From NCBI RefSeq assembly GCF_006345805.1, contig NW_021833439.1, positions 1 to 64,000 of the forward strand: a stretch of 64,000 nucleotides of DNA, written 5' to 3'. Source of the DNA: Octopus sinensis (lineage: Eukaryota). The notes beneath the pieces were generated by a model, which was not told the DNA's origin, made no database searches, and worked only from the letters and a program-made list of their open reading frames with translations. Shown here in pieces: positions 1 through 12,167 of this stretch. A program made the position numbers and the translations under genes. The number at the start of each line of letters is the position of its first letter. Position 1 is the first letter of the stretch.

Positions 1-506
1 AAATTGCCTAAAGAATAATTGAGAAAACATTAAGCACCTCTTGGAGAAAAAAGTAGTAATTATAGGATTCCACCATATTTTGCTTTGGGCACTCCTGCCA
101 GCTATACCTCTGACGTCAGCGGCGGTGTATAGTTGAGGTGAGGTGAGTTGGGTGGGTGGGTGGGGGCAGAAGGAAGATGAACAACCATATCAAAAATATG
201 AAGAGAAGAAAAACAAATTATGCAGACTGCTCTTATTTAGTTGAAATAAATATCGTAATTTTCTGAATAAGATGATTAATCTTTGCGCGTACAAGAAAAC
301 ACTAAACACACACTTTGATAAAGTTTCTATTTAATATTATCTATATAAGCTTTGTCTGTACTTTTTAATTATATAAAACGGTGCAATATGGAACTCTAAC
401 ATTGGCACAAAGTGCGTTTTAGTTTATTTATTTTATCGAAACCCAGAAGGTTATTTTTGCAGATTTTATCTCGGTGGAATTCTGTACGTCTCTTAAAGCA
501 CAAGGA

Positions 507-744
507 ATCGGAATTAAAATATTGGTTTCAAATTTGGCATATGGCCAGTGATTCCTGGGTAGGGAGTAAGTCGATTTACAGCAACCCGCAGTGTTCAACT
601 GGTATTAATTTTATCGACCCTGAAAGGATCAAAGGATGAAAGTCAACCTTGGTGGAACACGGAGTTTGAACCCAGAACATTAAAGACGGACGAAATTCCG
701 CGAAGTGTTTTACTTTGGCGTACCAATGAATCTGCCACCTCGCA
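507..744 (-). mobile_element. Family A tRNA-derived SINE, diverged copy
   Basis: Reverse complement matches the A head (gcgaggtggcaga...), B-box-like ggttcaaa and the gtcga/aagtaccag body seen in >20 copies in this window. Confidence 0.75.
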
Positions 745-952
745 TCTGTATTGAATTATAATTTCAATATTGATGTGTGTTATGATTGTGTAGTTACTTT
801 TGCAAAAATTTTCGTGGGATAACTTTTAGAAATGGTAATTTTTACAAAATCGAAATGGGTGAATCTGCGCTGACTTCTCTTCGCAATTGTTTAACCACGT
901 GATAGAAACACGGATACAATTCTATTGTCTCAGACGTTTTGTATATCTTCGG

Positions 953-1327
953 GAAGTGGCGCAATGGCCCATTGGTTAGGGCAGCGGACTCGCGGTCGTA
1001 GGATCGGGGTTTCGATTCCCAGACCGGGCGTTGTGAGTGTTTATTGAGCGAAAACACCTAAAGCTCCACGAGGCTCCGGCAGGGATGGTGGTGATCCCTG
1101 CTGTACTCTTTCACCACAACTTTCTCTCACTCTTACTTCCTGTTTCAGTTGTATCTGTATTTCAAAGGGCTGGCCTTGTCACTCTCTGTCTCACGCTGAA
1201 TATCCCCGAAAACTACGTTAAGGGTACACGTGTCTGTGGAGTGCTCAGCTACTTACACGTTAATTTCACGAGCAGGTTGTTCGGTTGACCGGAACCCTCA
1301 TCGCCGTAACCGACGGAGTGCTTCCAC
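953..1327 (+). mobile_element. Family C tRNA(Arg)-like SINE, tail type 2
   Basis: Head ggcgcaatggcccattggttagggcagcggactcgcggtc...gtttcgattcc; 13-bp TSD tgtatatcttcgg at 940-952 and 1328-1340. Confidence 0.9.
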
Positions 1328-1585
1328 TGTATATCTTCGGATTTATTGTTCACTTTTTGTTAGGTTGTTTAATCTACTATGAACTAGAGGCACAGTTACT
1401 CTCGTAGTCCTTAACTATTAAATAGGTATGCATATATACATGTATGCATATATATTTCGGCATACATACATACATACATACATGCATATATATTATAAGA
1501 GTAGAAATTAATATTATTAAATAGTATCAATCTCAGCATATTTAGCATACAAGGGATCCATAAAGTGATCTCTCATTTTGTTGAT

Positions 1586-1620
<35 letters not shown>

Positions 1621-1646
1621 ACACGCATATATATATACACAAACTC

Positions 1647-1814
1647 TTTTACTCTTTACACTTTTACTTGTTTCAGTTATTTGACTGTGGCCATGCTTGA
1701 GCACATCGACCCCGGGACTTATTCTTTGTAAGCCTAGTATTTATTGTATCGGTCTCTTTTTACGGGGACGTAAACACACCAGCATCGGTTGTCAAGCGAT
1801 GTTGGGGGACAAAC

Positions 1815-1851
<37 letters not shown>

Positions 1852-2003
1852 CATATATACGACGGGCTTCTTTCAGTTTCCGTCTACCAAATACACACAA
1901 TCTTTGGTCGGTCCGAAGACGCTTGCCCAAGGTACCACGCAGTGGGACTGAACCCGGGACCATGTGGTTGACAAGCAAGCTACTTACCACACAGCCACTT
2001 CTA
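1647..2003 (-). mobile_element. Family B tRNA-derived SINE with internal microsatellite
   Basis: Matches the B consensus (ggttccgggttcagtcccactgcgtgg ... gcatggcc.cagtcaaatgactgaaacaagtaaaag) with an internal CA/TA tract. Confidence 0.85.
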
Positions 2004-2214
2004 CACATGCATTCATATATAATTGCATACATGTCTACATTCAAATCTTTGTATCTTTCCCACGTTTGTTAGGAAACTACTACGTCCTTTGAGGAAGAAT
2101 TCAAATGACTATATATTGGAGTGAATATGCATACGCGCATGCGTAATCACACACACACGCCCAACACAGACGCACGCAGACACACAGTCACACACAAACA
2201 CATCTCGCTATATT

Positions 2215-2941
2215 TATTTCTTTACTACCCACAAGAGGCTAAACACAGAGAGAACAAACAAGGACAGACAAAGGGATTAAGTCGATTACATCGACCCCAG
2301 TGCTTAACTGGTACTTAATCTATCGACCCCGAAAGGATGAAAGGCAAAGTCGACCTCGGCGGAATTTGAACTCGGAACGTAACGGCAGACGAAATACCTA
2401 TTTCTGTACTGCCCACAAGGGGCGAAATACAGAGGGGACAAACAAGGACAGATAAACGGATTAAGTCGATTATATCGACCCCCAGTGCGTAACTGGTACT
2501 TAATTTATCGACCCCGAAAGGATGAAAGGCAAAGTCGACGTCGGCGGAATTTGAACTCGGAACGTAACGGCAGACGAAATACCTATTTCTTTACTACCCA
2601 CAAGGGGCTAAACACAGAGGGGACGAACAAGGACAGATAAACGGATTAAGTCGATTATATCGACCCCCAGTGCGTAACTGGTACTTAATTTATCGACCCC
2701 GAGAAGATGAAAGGCAAAGTCGACCTCGGCGGAATTTGAACTCTGAACGTAACGGCAGATGAAATACCTATTTCTTTACTACCCACAAGGGGCTAAACAC
2801 AGAGGGGACATACAAGGACAGATAAACGGATTAAGTCGATTACATCGACCTCCAGTGCGCAACTGGTACTTAATTTATCAACCCCGAGAGGATGAAAGGC
2901 AAAGTCGACCTCGGAGGTATTTGAACTCGGAACGTATCGAC
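2215..2941 (-). mobile_element. Family A SINE tandem tetramer (~184-bp units), headless
   Basis: Units start at 2216, 2400, 2585, 2770; 17-bp TSD acacatctc(g/a)ctatatt at 2198-2214 and 2942-2958. Confidence 0.9.
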
Positions 2942-3284
2942 ACACATCTCACTATATTGGTATATATTTCAAACTAAACCGCCGATCATCTTCAGCTACG
3001 AAGCCAGCCAGTCATTTACGCGTTAGTTTTAAATAAAATGGCACCCAGCTGCTGGAGCTTGGACCACTCATTAAGCAATAAATGACTATTAAGATAATAA
3101 TGATTATAAGCTCGAATTTTAACTGAAAAATCTAATTACAAAAAAAAAAATAAAAAATAATAAATAATCACAACGGAAATTGTTCCCGACATAAAATTAA
3201 AAACAGCAAAGAAGTTGATCGAAAGAAATACTACAAAACTATGATTATGTAATTATATTAATATTTATTAGATATTGCTTTCTA

Positions 3285-3345
3285 TGTATATATGTATGTA
3301 TTATGTATGTATGTATGTATGTATGTATGAATGTATGTATGTATG

Positions 3346-3377
<32 letters not shown>

Positions 3378-3703
3378 TGTATGTGTGTATGTGTGTATCT
3401 ATGTACGTATGTATGCGTGTATCTATGTCTGTGTATGTATATATGCATGTGTGTATATATGTCTGTGTATGTACGTATGTGCGTGCGTATGTATGTATGT
3501 ATGTGTGTATGTATGTATGTACGTATGTGTGTATGTATGTGTATATGTGTATATGTGTGTATGTATGTATGTATGTATGTATGTATGTATGTATGTATGT
3601 ATGTATGTATGTGTGTATGGATATATGTATATATATAAATGTATATATGTATGTAGGTATATATGTATGTAGGTATGTATGTATGTATCTATGTGTGTAT
3701 ATA
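3285..3703. repeat. (TATG)n compound microsatellite
   Basis: Direct inspection; source of the MYVC/HTYI pseudo-ORFs. Confidence 0.95.
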
Positions 3704-4302
3704 TGAAACCTTGTGTTCGATGCTACAAACACACACATACATATTACTTAATACGCGTGTCTGTAAGTTTTTATTTTGGTATATAAAGAATAACTTGAAA
3801 ATAGTTCTGTTGTCGACAGTACGAAAAGAGCTCTGGCCCTCCGTAATCTAAAGGAGTGACGTGCTTATGTATGAAACCACTTATGCTATAAAATCCAGAA
3901 GCAGACCTTATATTTCTTGCAGAACTCATCCAGATACGAGTCGATCCCCAAATAACAGGTACCTTTCCCACCTCTTGATCCGAATCAACCAAAGGGATCG
4001 AGCCCTTCTCTGCATCGTATGACCAGTTCTATACAGAGGCTTTGTAACTGAAAAAGTAGGCATAAGCGTATTCTGATGTATTTTCCTGGCTCTTCTAAAA
4101 CTTTCAGTTGTGTGGTTCTGAGCCAAGTTGTCGCTGCAAATAAGTAGAAACACCTCAAAGCCTGTCGTGAGTTCTTTCCTGTCATTTGTACTTTGTCATC
4201 TCTTTCTCTCTCTCCTTCTCTTACCTCTCTCTGTCCTCGCTCCCACTTTCTCAACTTGTCTCTCTCTCTCTCTATCCTCTCTCTGTTTATGTATATATAT
4301 AT

Positions 4303-4388
<86 letters not shown>

Positions 4389-4396
4389 ATATAATT

Positions 4397-4778
4397 ATAA
4401 TAGTTATCGCCATACTATATGGCATTCTTATAAAATAAGAAAAAAGCTGTCCGCTTATTAGCTCCATGAGGCATCGCCTTAAGTTAGCTATTTGATACAC
4501 AAACTGTATCCATATAACTTCGAACAAGGGAGGTCAGTCGCTCCACACTACTTGACCGGCAGCTACAGACGCGTTTCGGGGTATTGCCCCTTTTCAATGC
4601 AGCGTAAGCCAGCCAGTAGGTGTCGCTTCCGACAATCTCTTGTTCGAAGGTTATATGGATACAGTTTGTGTATCAAATAGCTAACTTAAGCGATGGCCTC
4701 ATGGAGCTAATAAGCGGACAGCTTTTTTCTTATTTTTTTATATAAGAATGCCATATTAGTTATGGCGATAACTATTAT
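4397..4778. mobile_element. Foldback element (arms 4397-4528 and 4639-4778), probably Penelope-like-element derived
   Basis: Arms are reverse complements differing mainly by small indels; the ~110-bp spacer carries a hammerhead motif; flanked by (TA)n tracts. Confidence 0.85.
4562..4603 (-). ncRNA. Minimal type I hammerhead ribozyme, U3:A8 core variant
   Basis: Minus strand reads gcugca-UUGAAAA-GGGG caaua CCCC-GAAA-CGCGUC|uguagc: stem I 6 bp (one G-U), stem II 4 bp, palindromic stem III ACGCGU, GUC triplet. Confidence 0.75.
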
Positions 4779-4834
4779 TTTCCGGGAACGCTGCCGCTTG
4801 TCTCTTTAGAGAGACTTATTATTTTAATATTTCT

Positions 4835-5170
4835 ATTATGTATATATATATATATATATATATATGATATATATATATGTAAAATATGTATATATATATA
4901 TATGCATATATATGTATATATATGTATATATATATGCATATATATATGTATATATAATATATTGTATGTATATATATATATGTACATTTATATATATGTA
5001 TATATATATGTGTATATATATGTATATACATATATGTATATATATGTATATATATATGCATATATGTATATATATATATGTCTATATATATGCATATATA
5101 TATATATATACTCTATGTATATTTATGTATGCTTGTATAAAAATATAGATGTATGTATGTATGTATGTAT
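4835..5170. repeat. (TA)n / TATG compound microsatellite
   Basis: Direct inspection. Confidence 0.95.
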
Positions 5171-5449
5171 GTGTGAGTGTGTGTTTTCCTTATGCATGCA
5201 TTATTGTTGTATGGTCCTGCTAACATATAACATGAAAACGTAATTATAATTATGACACATTCCGTAAACAGAAGGACTTTGCATTGTGTTTTCCTACTCC
5301 GGTTTGTTTGTCACGTCACACGGAGTCTACACTTTTCTTTGATATATCGTGTTATTTGCCCGTGTACACACATATTAGTGTATATATATATATACATGCG
5401 TATGTATGGGTGTGTGTGTTTGTATACGATTGGGACTGTGTAAATGCAG

Positions 5450-5484
5450 GCTTTATTGGCGAGAATACAACAGGAAATGATGCG
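5450..5484 (+). other. Candidate small exon (35 nt)
   Basis: cag|GC TTT...GAT GCG|gtaagt; strong donor, weak acceptor; open frame GFIGENTTGNDA. Confidence 0.25.
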
Positions 5485-5583
5485 GTAAGTTTTCTTCTTT
5501 TTTTTTTGTTTTTGTTTTTGTTTATTTTTGTTTGAAAACATATATTTGCATTTGTGTCTATGGAAATTTCAATTCTGTTTCAG

Positions 5584-5626
5584 GTATTGTGTTGTCACAC
5601 TTATCAGGAAGCAACAGAGAAAACGG
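5584..5626 (+). other. Candidate small exon (43 nt)
   Basis: ttctgttttcag|GTATTG...ACGG|gtaaga; in frame with 5450-5484 across a 99-nt intron (VLCCHTYQEATEKT). Confidence 0.3.
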
Positions 5627-6407
5627 GTAAGAACGTGTAAAAAATATCTTTTCTCAAAACCCATAGTTCATTCGTGGAAAAATGTATCAGAAAATATCAA
5701 AAAAAAAAAAAAAAGAAAAAGAAAAAATGAGAAAAAGGAAAAAAAAAACGAACATAAAAAAAAACCCAAGAGGAAATACGATCGATACAATATATTTCTG
5801 TTTGCAATAATTTCGCTCAAATCTTGGCATTGGTTTATTCAGCTATTCAACCATCCGCTATTGTTTAAAATGTATTCAACTATGCAGGTATGTCGTAGAT
5901 TTAAACCTCCATCATCGTATGTATAGGATTTAATTTGCCCAGAACAAACCTAGCAGCGGTGACCGCTTGACAACAGCAAGAGATTATATTGTGGATATTC
6001 GAGGATAACATGGCAATGCTGTTTCAAATCTTATTTGAAGTCATTTCTCGTCTCTTGTGCTCTTAATAAGTTTGGAAATTGCTTGAACCTTGCAGTTTTG
6101 CATTCCTACTCTTTCCTAAATTTTCAAGGTTTCGAGACATGTAAAAAGAACTTTTCCAAATTGACATAAAAATAGAAAATACCAACAGTTAACAATGTTA
6201 CTTAATTTAGCAGAGTGCTCTTTTAGAAGAAGAACGCAAGTATCTGAATCGATAAGTTAGCAGACGACATATGGTTAATAGCCTGTGGCTTGTCATAGAT
6301 GCTAATTTATTAGCCATGGCCTTTATTTCCCAAACAGCTGGGTTTCATTAACGCAAATCAGAAATACACTGACTGCTCATTGAACAATATTTATTTTCTA
6401 ACCTCAG

Positions 6408-6465
6408 AGTTTTATATCACGCAGTGCGTGAAACTTCGAGGGGAATCGAAGTTACAGGGGAGCCT
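6408..6465 (+). other. Candidate small exon (58 nt)
   Basis: ttattttctaacctcag|AGTTTT...GCCT|gtaagt; open in two phases. Confidence 0.3.
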
Positions 6466-6953
6466 GTAAGTGGTTGGTTGAGTTGCTGGAAATGGCAACC
6501 AAATTCCTTGATATAACACTTTAGCATCTTAATAACAAGAAAGACACACTTGATAACGCTCTCTCAGATGCATTAGGTTTCAATGAAATCGAGATGTTCA
6601 TATAGGAATGCTTTGCATCAAACCTTTCCTAGATCAATGTTGACCTAAGGTTACATAACCCAAAACAAAAAAAAAGCACTAATTGGAGATCCAATGTTCA
6701 GAAAGCTCTTTACGAGTTAGAAAATAGAAAGCCCACAAATGTTTTGAGAAAAAGGCAGGAATTGCCTACGTTGCAATGTTTAGTAGCCATTTTGCGTGGT
6801 ATAAATATGAAAACAACAGTTTTTTTCTTTCCTTGGCTGAACAACATATCTGTATCAGGAATGGTGGTTTGACAACTTTTAATATAATTTTTTTCCTTAT
6901 ACATACATACATACATACATAAATACATACATACATACATACATACACATATA

Positions 6954-7440
6954 CAGGTTTTGGCAAAATAATGGAAACACCTAGTATCGTAACATCATAA
7001 TCTTGAAATATCTATAGAACCGTCATCTATAGAAATATCTATAGAACCGTTTTGTGTTTTTCGATTTATTATTAGTGTTGCTTAATATGTTTTGATAAAA
7101 TTTCTGTTTCTTTTCAGATATTATCAGAAAAAGGTAATGAAAATTCACTAAAATAACAGATCTATCGAACTTTCAAAGAGGTCACATTGATGGTGCCCGT
7201 ATGGCAGGGGCTAGCGTAACGAAAACAGCTGAAATGTTTGGCGTATCAAGAAGTATTGTCTCGAAAGTAATGACACTCTTTGAAAATGAGAGAAAAACTT
7301 CCTCGTCGAAACAAAACTCCAAAAGAAAACCAAAACTTCCAGATAGGGACCGCCGGACTCTTACGCAAATTGTTAGAAAGGATCACAAAAGTACAGCTCC
7401 CAAAATTACTGCAGAGCTTAATGATCACCTCGAGAACCCC
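6954..7440 (+). mobile_element. Tc1/mariner transposon 5' fragment (left TIR plus N-terminal HTH region of transposase)
   Basis: TA|CAGGTTTTGGCAAAATAATGGAAACACC terminus; frame from 7141 reads TDLSNFQRGHIDGARMAGASVTKTAEMFGVSRSIVSKVM...DRRTLTQIVRKDHKSTAPKITAELN, typical of Tc1; no DDE domain or right TIR. Confidence 0.85.
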
Positions 7441-7528
7441 AATATCATATGGTAAAACTAGAGAGATAAGTATGGGTGTTAATATATTGGAATAAATCAT
7501 TCAATTAATATATTTCTGTCCTTTCAAG

Positions 7529-8082
7529 TCGGTGAGCTGGCAGAAACGTTAGCACGCCGGGCGAAAGGCTTAGCAGTATTTCGTCTGCCGCTACGTTCTG
7601 AGTTCAAATTCTGCTGAGGTCGACTTTTCTTTTCATCCTTTCGGGGTCGATAGATTAAGTACCAGTTACGCACTGGGGTCGATATAACCGACTTAATCCG
7701 TCTGTCTGTCCTTGTTTGTATCCTTTCTGTTAAGCCCCTTGTGGGCAGTAATGAAACAGGTATTTCGTCTGCCGCTACGTTCCGAGTTCAAATTCCGTCG
7801 AGGTCGACTTTGTATTTCATCCCTTCGGAGACGATTGAATAAGTACCAGTTACGAACTGGGGTCGACATAATCGACTTAATTCGTTTGTCTGTCCTTGTG
7901 TCTCCTCTGTGTGTGTAGCCCCTTGTGGGCAGTAAAGAAATAAGAAAAGGTAGCACACCAGGCAAGATTCTTAGCGGTATTTCGTCCGTCTTTACGTTGT
8001 AAGTTCAAATTCCGCCCTGGTCGACTTCGGCTTTCATTCTTTCGGGCTCGATAACGTAAGTACCAGCTGGAAACTGGGGTGA
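7529..8082 (+). mobile_element. Family A SINE multimer (head, 2 units, then partial head and partial unit)
   Basis: ggtgagctggcagaaacgttagcacgccgggcgaaa head; unit junctions near 7760 and 7940. Confidence 0.9.
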
Positions 8083-8479
8083 ATGTCACAAACTTTCAAC
8101 TTCAACCAAAATTGCTAAACTTTGTACCGAAACTTAAAATCAAAATTTCGATCCTTTCAATAAGTATATATATCACAAATATGATTTCATTTGCCTGATA
8201 TTCTCTTTGCCAAATGTATCCATCCATAGATGACCACATATTTTGAAATGTGTGACAGAGAAAATATCTATTAGGAGGGTAATTAAACATTTCCAATAAT
8301 GAAAAATAGCTGGAATATAGCTGCTACAAGCGATAATAACAAACGAGAAGCAACTAGTCTTACTTTTAAATTAAAGTCACGTAACTCTATGTATAAACAT
8401 GTAAACGTAACTGTTTTTATGCTTACATATATACATTTGTATGTGAACTAATATAAAAATACACAAATACACACACGCG

Positions 8480-8858
8480 CACATATGTGTGTGCATGCAT
8501 ATATATATATATATATATGCATATATATATATATATAGATATATATATAGATATATGTATGCATGTATCTATCTACATATATGTATATATATATATGTAT
8601 GTATGTATATACACATATACATACATGTATATATGTATGTATCTATCTATATATATACGCATATAATATATACACACACACATATATATATATGTATGTA
8701 TCTATCTATATATATATATATACATATATATATATGTATGTAACTATCTATATGTACATATATATACATATATACATACACACACACACACATATATATA
8801 CAACACATATACATATATATACATATATATATCATATCATTATATAATATATATATAG

Positions 8859-8916
<58 letters not shown>

Positions 8917-9182
8917 AAGTGTGTTGTGTGTGTGTATGTACATACGCAGAGAAAGTGTGAGTGTGTGGATATGTGTGTGTATACTTCGGTGTGACTATGC
9001 ATGTATGTATAATTCTTCTTTCTCTTCCTCACTCCTGCTTCCTTTCCTTCTCTCTGCGATTGCACACACACACACACACCACACACACACACATACACAC
9101 AAACACACAAACACACACACACACGCACACGCACGCACAGGTGCACACGCATGCGCACATTCCCGCATGCAAACACGCACAT
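8480..9182. repeat. TA/CA compound microsatellite block
   Basis: Direct inspection. Confidence 0.9.
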
Positions 9183-10101
9183 AGAACGGGGGGTATTATC
9201 TAACTAGCTGCAGGAAATTCATCGATTGCCACGACTAGTTAGTTTCTTCAAACGAAACACGCCCAATTCCTTTTGATTCGTCATTTATTATTTATTTTGT
9301 TACATAATATGACTCGATTTTTGGAACAGTTTGCCAAGTAGAACTGTTCGTGTCTTTTATAGTCAGAGCAATACAGTTAATGATTAATTCTTTCCAAAAT
9401 ACTGCTGCTGCTGGTGAAACTTGTTTTCTCTTGCTGTTATAGGTCTACTGCTATGATCAACATTATTTGTTACCAGCTATTCCTGTTGTTGTTGCTGTTG
9501 TTGTTGTTGTGCATATCTTCATATAATTGAAACACTATTGTTTTGTTTTATCTACAAGGTCTGCTTACGTAAGTGTCAACAAAAGACTGAAAATAAAGAA
9601 ATAATATCCCACATGTAATTTGTCGAGTATATTGAAGGATCATTAAATTGATTTCTGTTCAGTATAGGCTTGACACATTTGCTAACAAATTTACCGAATC
9701 TTTAAATGACAAATTGCACGTCCTACATTTTACATCACATACAAATTACTCGAATTAACAACTTAAATTTGTATCCGTTCACCTGCGAGTACTGACTGTG
9801 TATTAAAATGTCAGTTCTTTTTTTCAGGTGTAAGGGTGTAAATTGTATGAAATTTACGTCATTTTGTAATATGTGGGCGAACTGAAAAAAATTGTGTTCT
9901 GGGTTAAATGATATTAAAAACAGATCCAAACTTTAATTTTCAGATTTATCTATATTTGTCAATAAGAAGAATGTTCAGCAGTTATTAACTGCATTTGTAT
10001 ACAAATTACCTTCATATCAACCAATACTGTTTGATTATATAGAGGCAAATCTTGAGATTTCATTTATATTTGTCAACAAATAAAAAAAAAATAATAATAT
10101 A

Positions 10102-10512
10102 GGCGCAGGAGTGGCTGTGTGGTAAGTAGCTTGCTAACCAACCACATGGTTCCGGGTTCAGTCCCACTGCGTGGCATCTTGGGCAAGTGTCTTCTGCTAT
10201 AGCCCCGGGCCAACCAAAGCCTTGTGAGTGGATTTGGTAGACGGAAACTGAAAGAAGCCTGTCGTATATATGTATATATATATTTATGTGTGTATGTATG
10301 TGTATGTTTGTGTGTCTGTGTTTGTTCCATTAGCATTGCTTGACAACCGATGCTGGTGTGTTTACGTCCCCGTCACTTAGTGGTTCGGCAAAAGAGACCG
10401 ATAGAATAAGTACTGGGCTTACAAAGAATAAGTCCCGGGGTCGATTTGCTCGATTAAAGGCGGTGCTCCAGCATGGCCGCAGTCAAATGACTGAAACAAG
10501 TAAAAGAGAGAA
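10102..10512 (+). mobile_element. Family B SINE, full length
   Basis: ggcgcaggagtggctgtgtggtaag head, B-box gggttcagtcc, cttgggcaagtgtctt core, 3' aagtaaaagag. Confidence 0.9.
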
Positions 10513-10776
10513 AGAGAAAGAGAGATAAGGTAAGAAAGAAAAGCGCCAAGCATTAAATTTCGATTTATCTACACTTGTAAATGAGGAATATGAACAAAAT
10601 TTCGAGATGAATCTACATATGTGAAGGAGAATGTTGGACAATCATTGCTAGCGTTTCTGCAACATTAATGAAATTGCCTAAGTATCAACCAGTGTTCCAA
10701 ACATGACCGCAGCTTCAAAGCTGAGTCAATTAAAAACAATATATATTTGTCAGTGAAAATGCGGGGACAATAATTA

Positions 10777-11008
10777 CCTATTTCTTTACTACCCACAAGG
10801 GGCTAAACACAGAGAGGACAAGGACAAATAATCGGATTAAGTCGAGTATATCGACCCCAGTGCGTAACTGGCACTTATTTAATCGACCCCGAAAGGATGA
10901 AAAGCAAAGTCGACCTCGTCGAAATTTGAACTCTGAACGTAGCGGCAGAAAAAATACGGCTACGCATTTCTCCCGGTGTGATAACGTTTCTGCCAGCTCG
11001 CCACTCCT
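10777..11008 (-). mobile_element. Family A SINE monomer
   Basis: 14-bp TSD ggggacaataatta at 10763-10776 and 11009-11022. Confidence 0.9.
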
Positions 11009-11904
11009 GGGGACAATAATTATCGATGTTCCTTCTATAGTAGTCAAATTGCTCTACATATCAACTACAGTCATGTCATGCTGTCAAATCAACTATTGCA
11101 TTTCTGTGGGCATGAAGGTTTCAATCTCAGCACAGCAAATCATACCGTGTATCCAGCTAGTTGTTTACATCAACAAAAACTTGTCACGCAGCCAAATAAA
11201 AGATTTACAAGTGGCTGTAAGTCTCCAAGAGCAAGGCTACTCTTGGATCCAACACATCGCTACAGACTGTAGGATTCCAGCACACATGTTCCAACCGAAT
11301 AACCAACGCAAAATCCAGAAGCAGATCAATCGCTCACACTTCTCAGTTAATGGATGTAATTATTACATGTTTTTTTTCTGAAGAATTCTTTACAATTAAG
11401 ATACGTTCTAACATTACTTTCAACCCAACAGATATTTGCTGCTAAGAAGATTGGCCACATATCCCCCTCCTATGTAATATCTTTGATATCTCCTTCATTT
11501 TAATATCTCTTTTATATTGCAGATTAGAACAGATGTTGCATGCTATTAACAAGTAGAAATGTTTACCAAAAAAAAAAAAAGAAAAAAATGAGTGTGATAA
11601 TAGGTGTGTGGTTGTTAGCAAGCCATTTGATTGAGATAACTGTAATAATTACCTAATTACTGTATCATTAGAAGGGACTATAATTTATAATTATTGCAAA
11701 CTCTTGAGAATTGCTCAAGTCACAGATAAACATTTTCTTCAAACAAAACATAGTTATATTTATATATTGTTTTAACTTTGCTGCAGAAGACAAAATGTAA
11801 ACATTTTCAAACATAAAATACATTCATTTGTCGGTGTGCTGCACATAAAGATAAATATTATCATAATGTAACTGTACGATTAGTTAGTATTATTGTTGCA
11901 GCTA

Positions 11905-11977
11905 TTGCTGTTGCTGTTGCTGTTGCTGCAGCTGTTGTTGTTGCTGTTGTTGTTGTTGTTGCTGTTGTTGTTGTTGT
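11905..11977. repeat. (TTG/CTG)n microsatellite
   Basis: Direct inspection; source of the polyQ pseudo-ORF. Confidence 0.9.
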
Positions 11978-12167
11978 GAAGCACAAGACGGGTAAGGGTG
12001 ATTAGGTGATGGTCTAGGGCTTAGCGGCGGGAGACCCCAGACCTTGGAAAAAGAAAAAAACTTTGGTCGTCTTGTAGTTGAAGGCTCTTCGTTGACGCCC
12101 GATGCCACTGGGAGGTGGCCCTCGAAGTCGCTGGAAATGGAGATCTCCAGGTCCATATTCTTGGACG

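Noticed and set aside
955-1030. SINE heads as functional tRNA genes
   Set aside because: A and B boxes are present but there is no complete cloverleaf, and each head continues into a repeat body bounded by TSDs.
2216-2941. CRISPR-like array
   Set aside because: Units are ~184-bp whole repeats without unique spacers, in eukaryotic DNA with no cas genes.
2955-3000. Hammerhead-like CUGAAGA...GAAA on the minus strand
   Set aside because: Stems I-III do not pair; only isolated core words match.
3740-4190. Protein-like ORFs on the minus strand and a possible 36-nt + strand exon (3924-3959)
   Set aside because: No recognisable homology, stops between segments and weak splice donors.
10860-11381. 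173-aa ORF
   Set aside because: It starts inside a family A SINE read antisense and continues into unassignable sequence; no domain.
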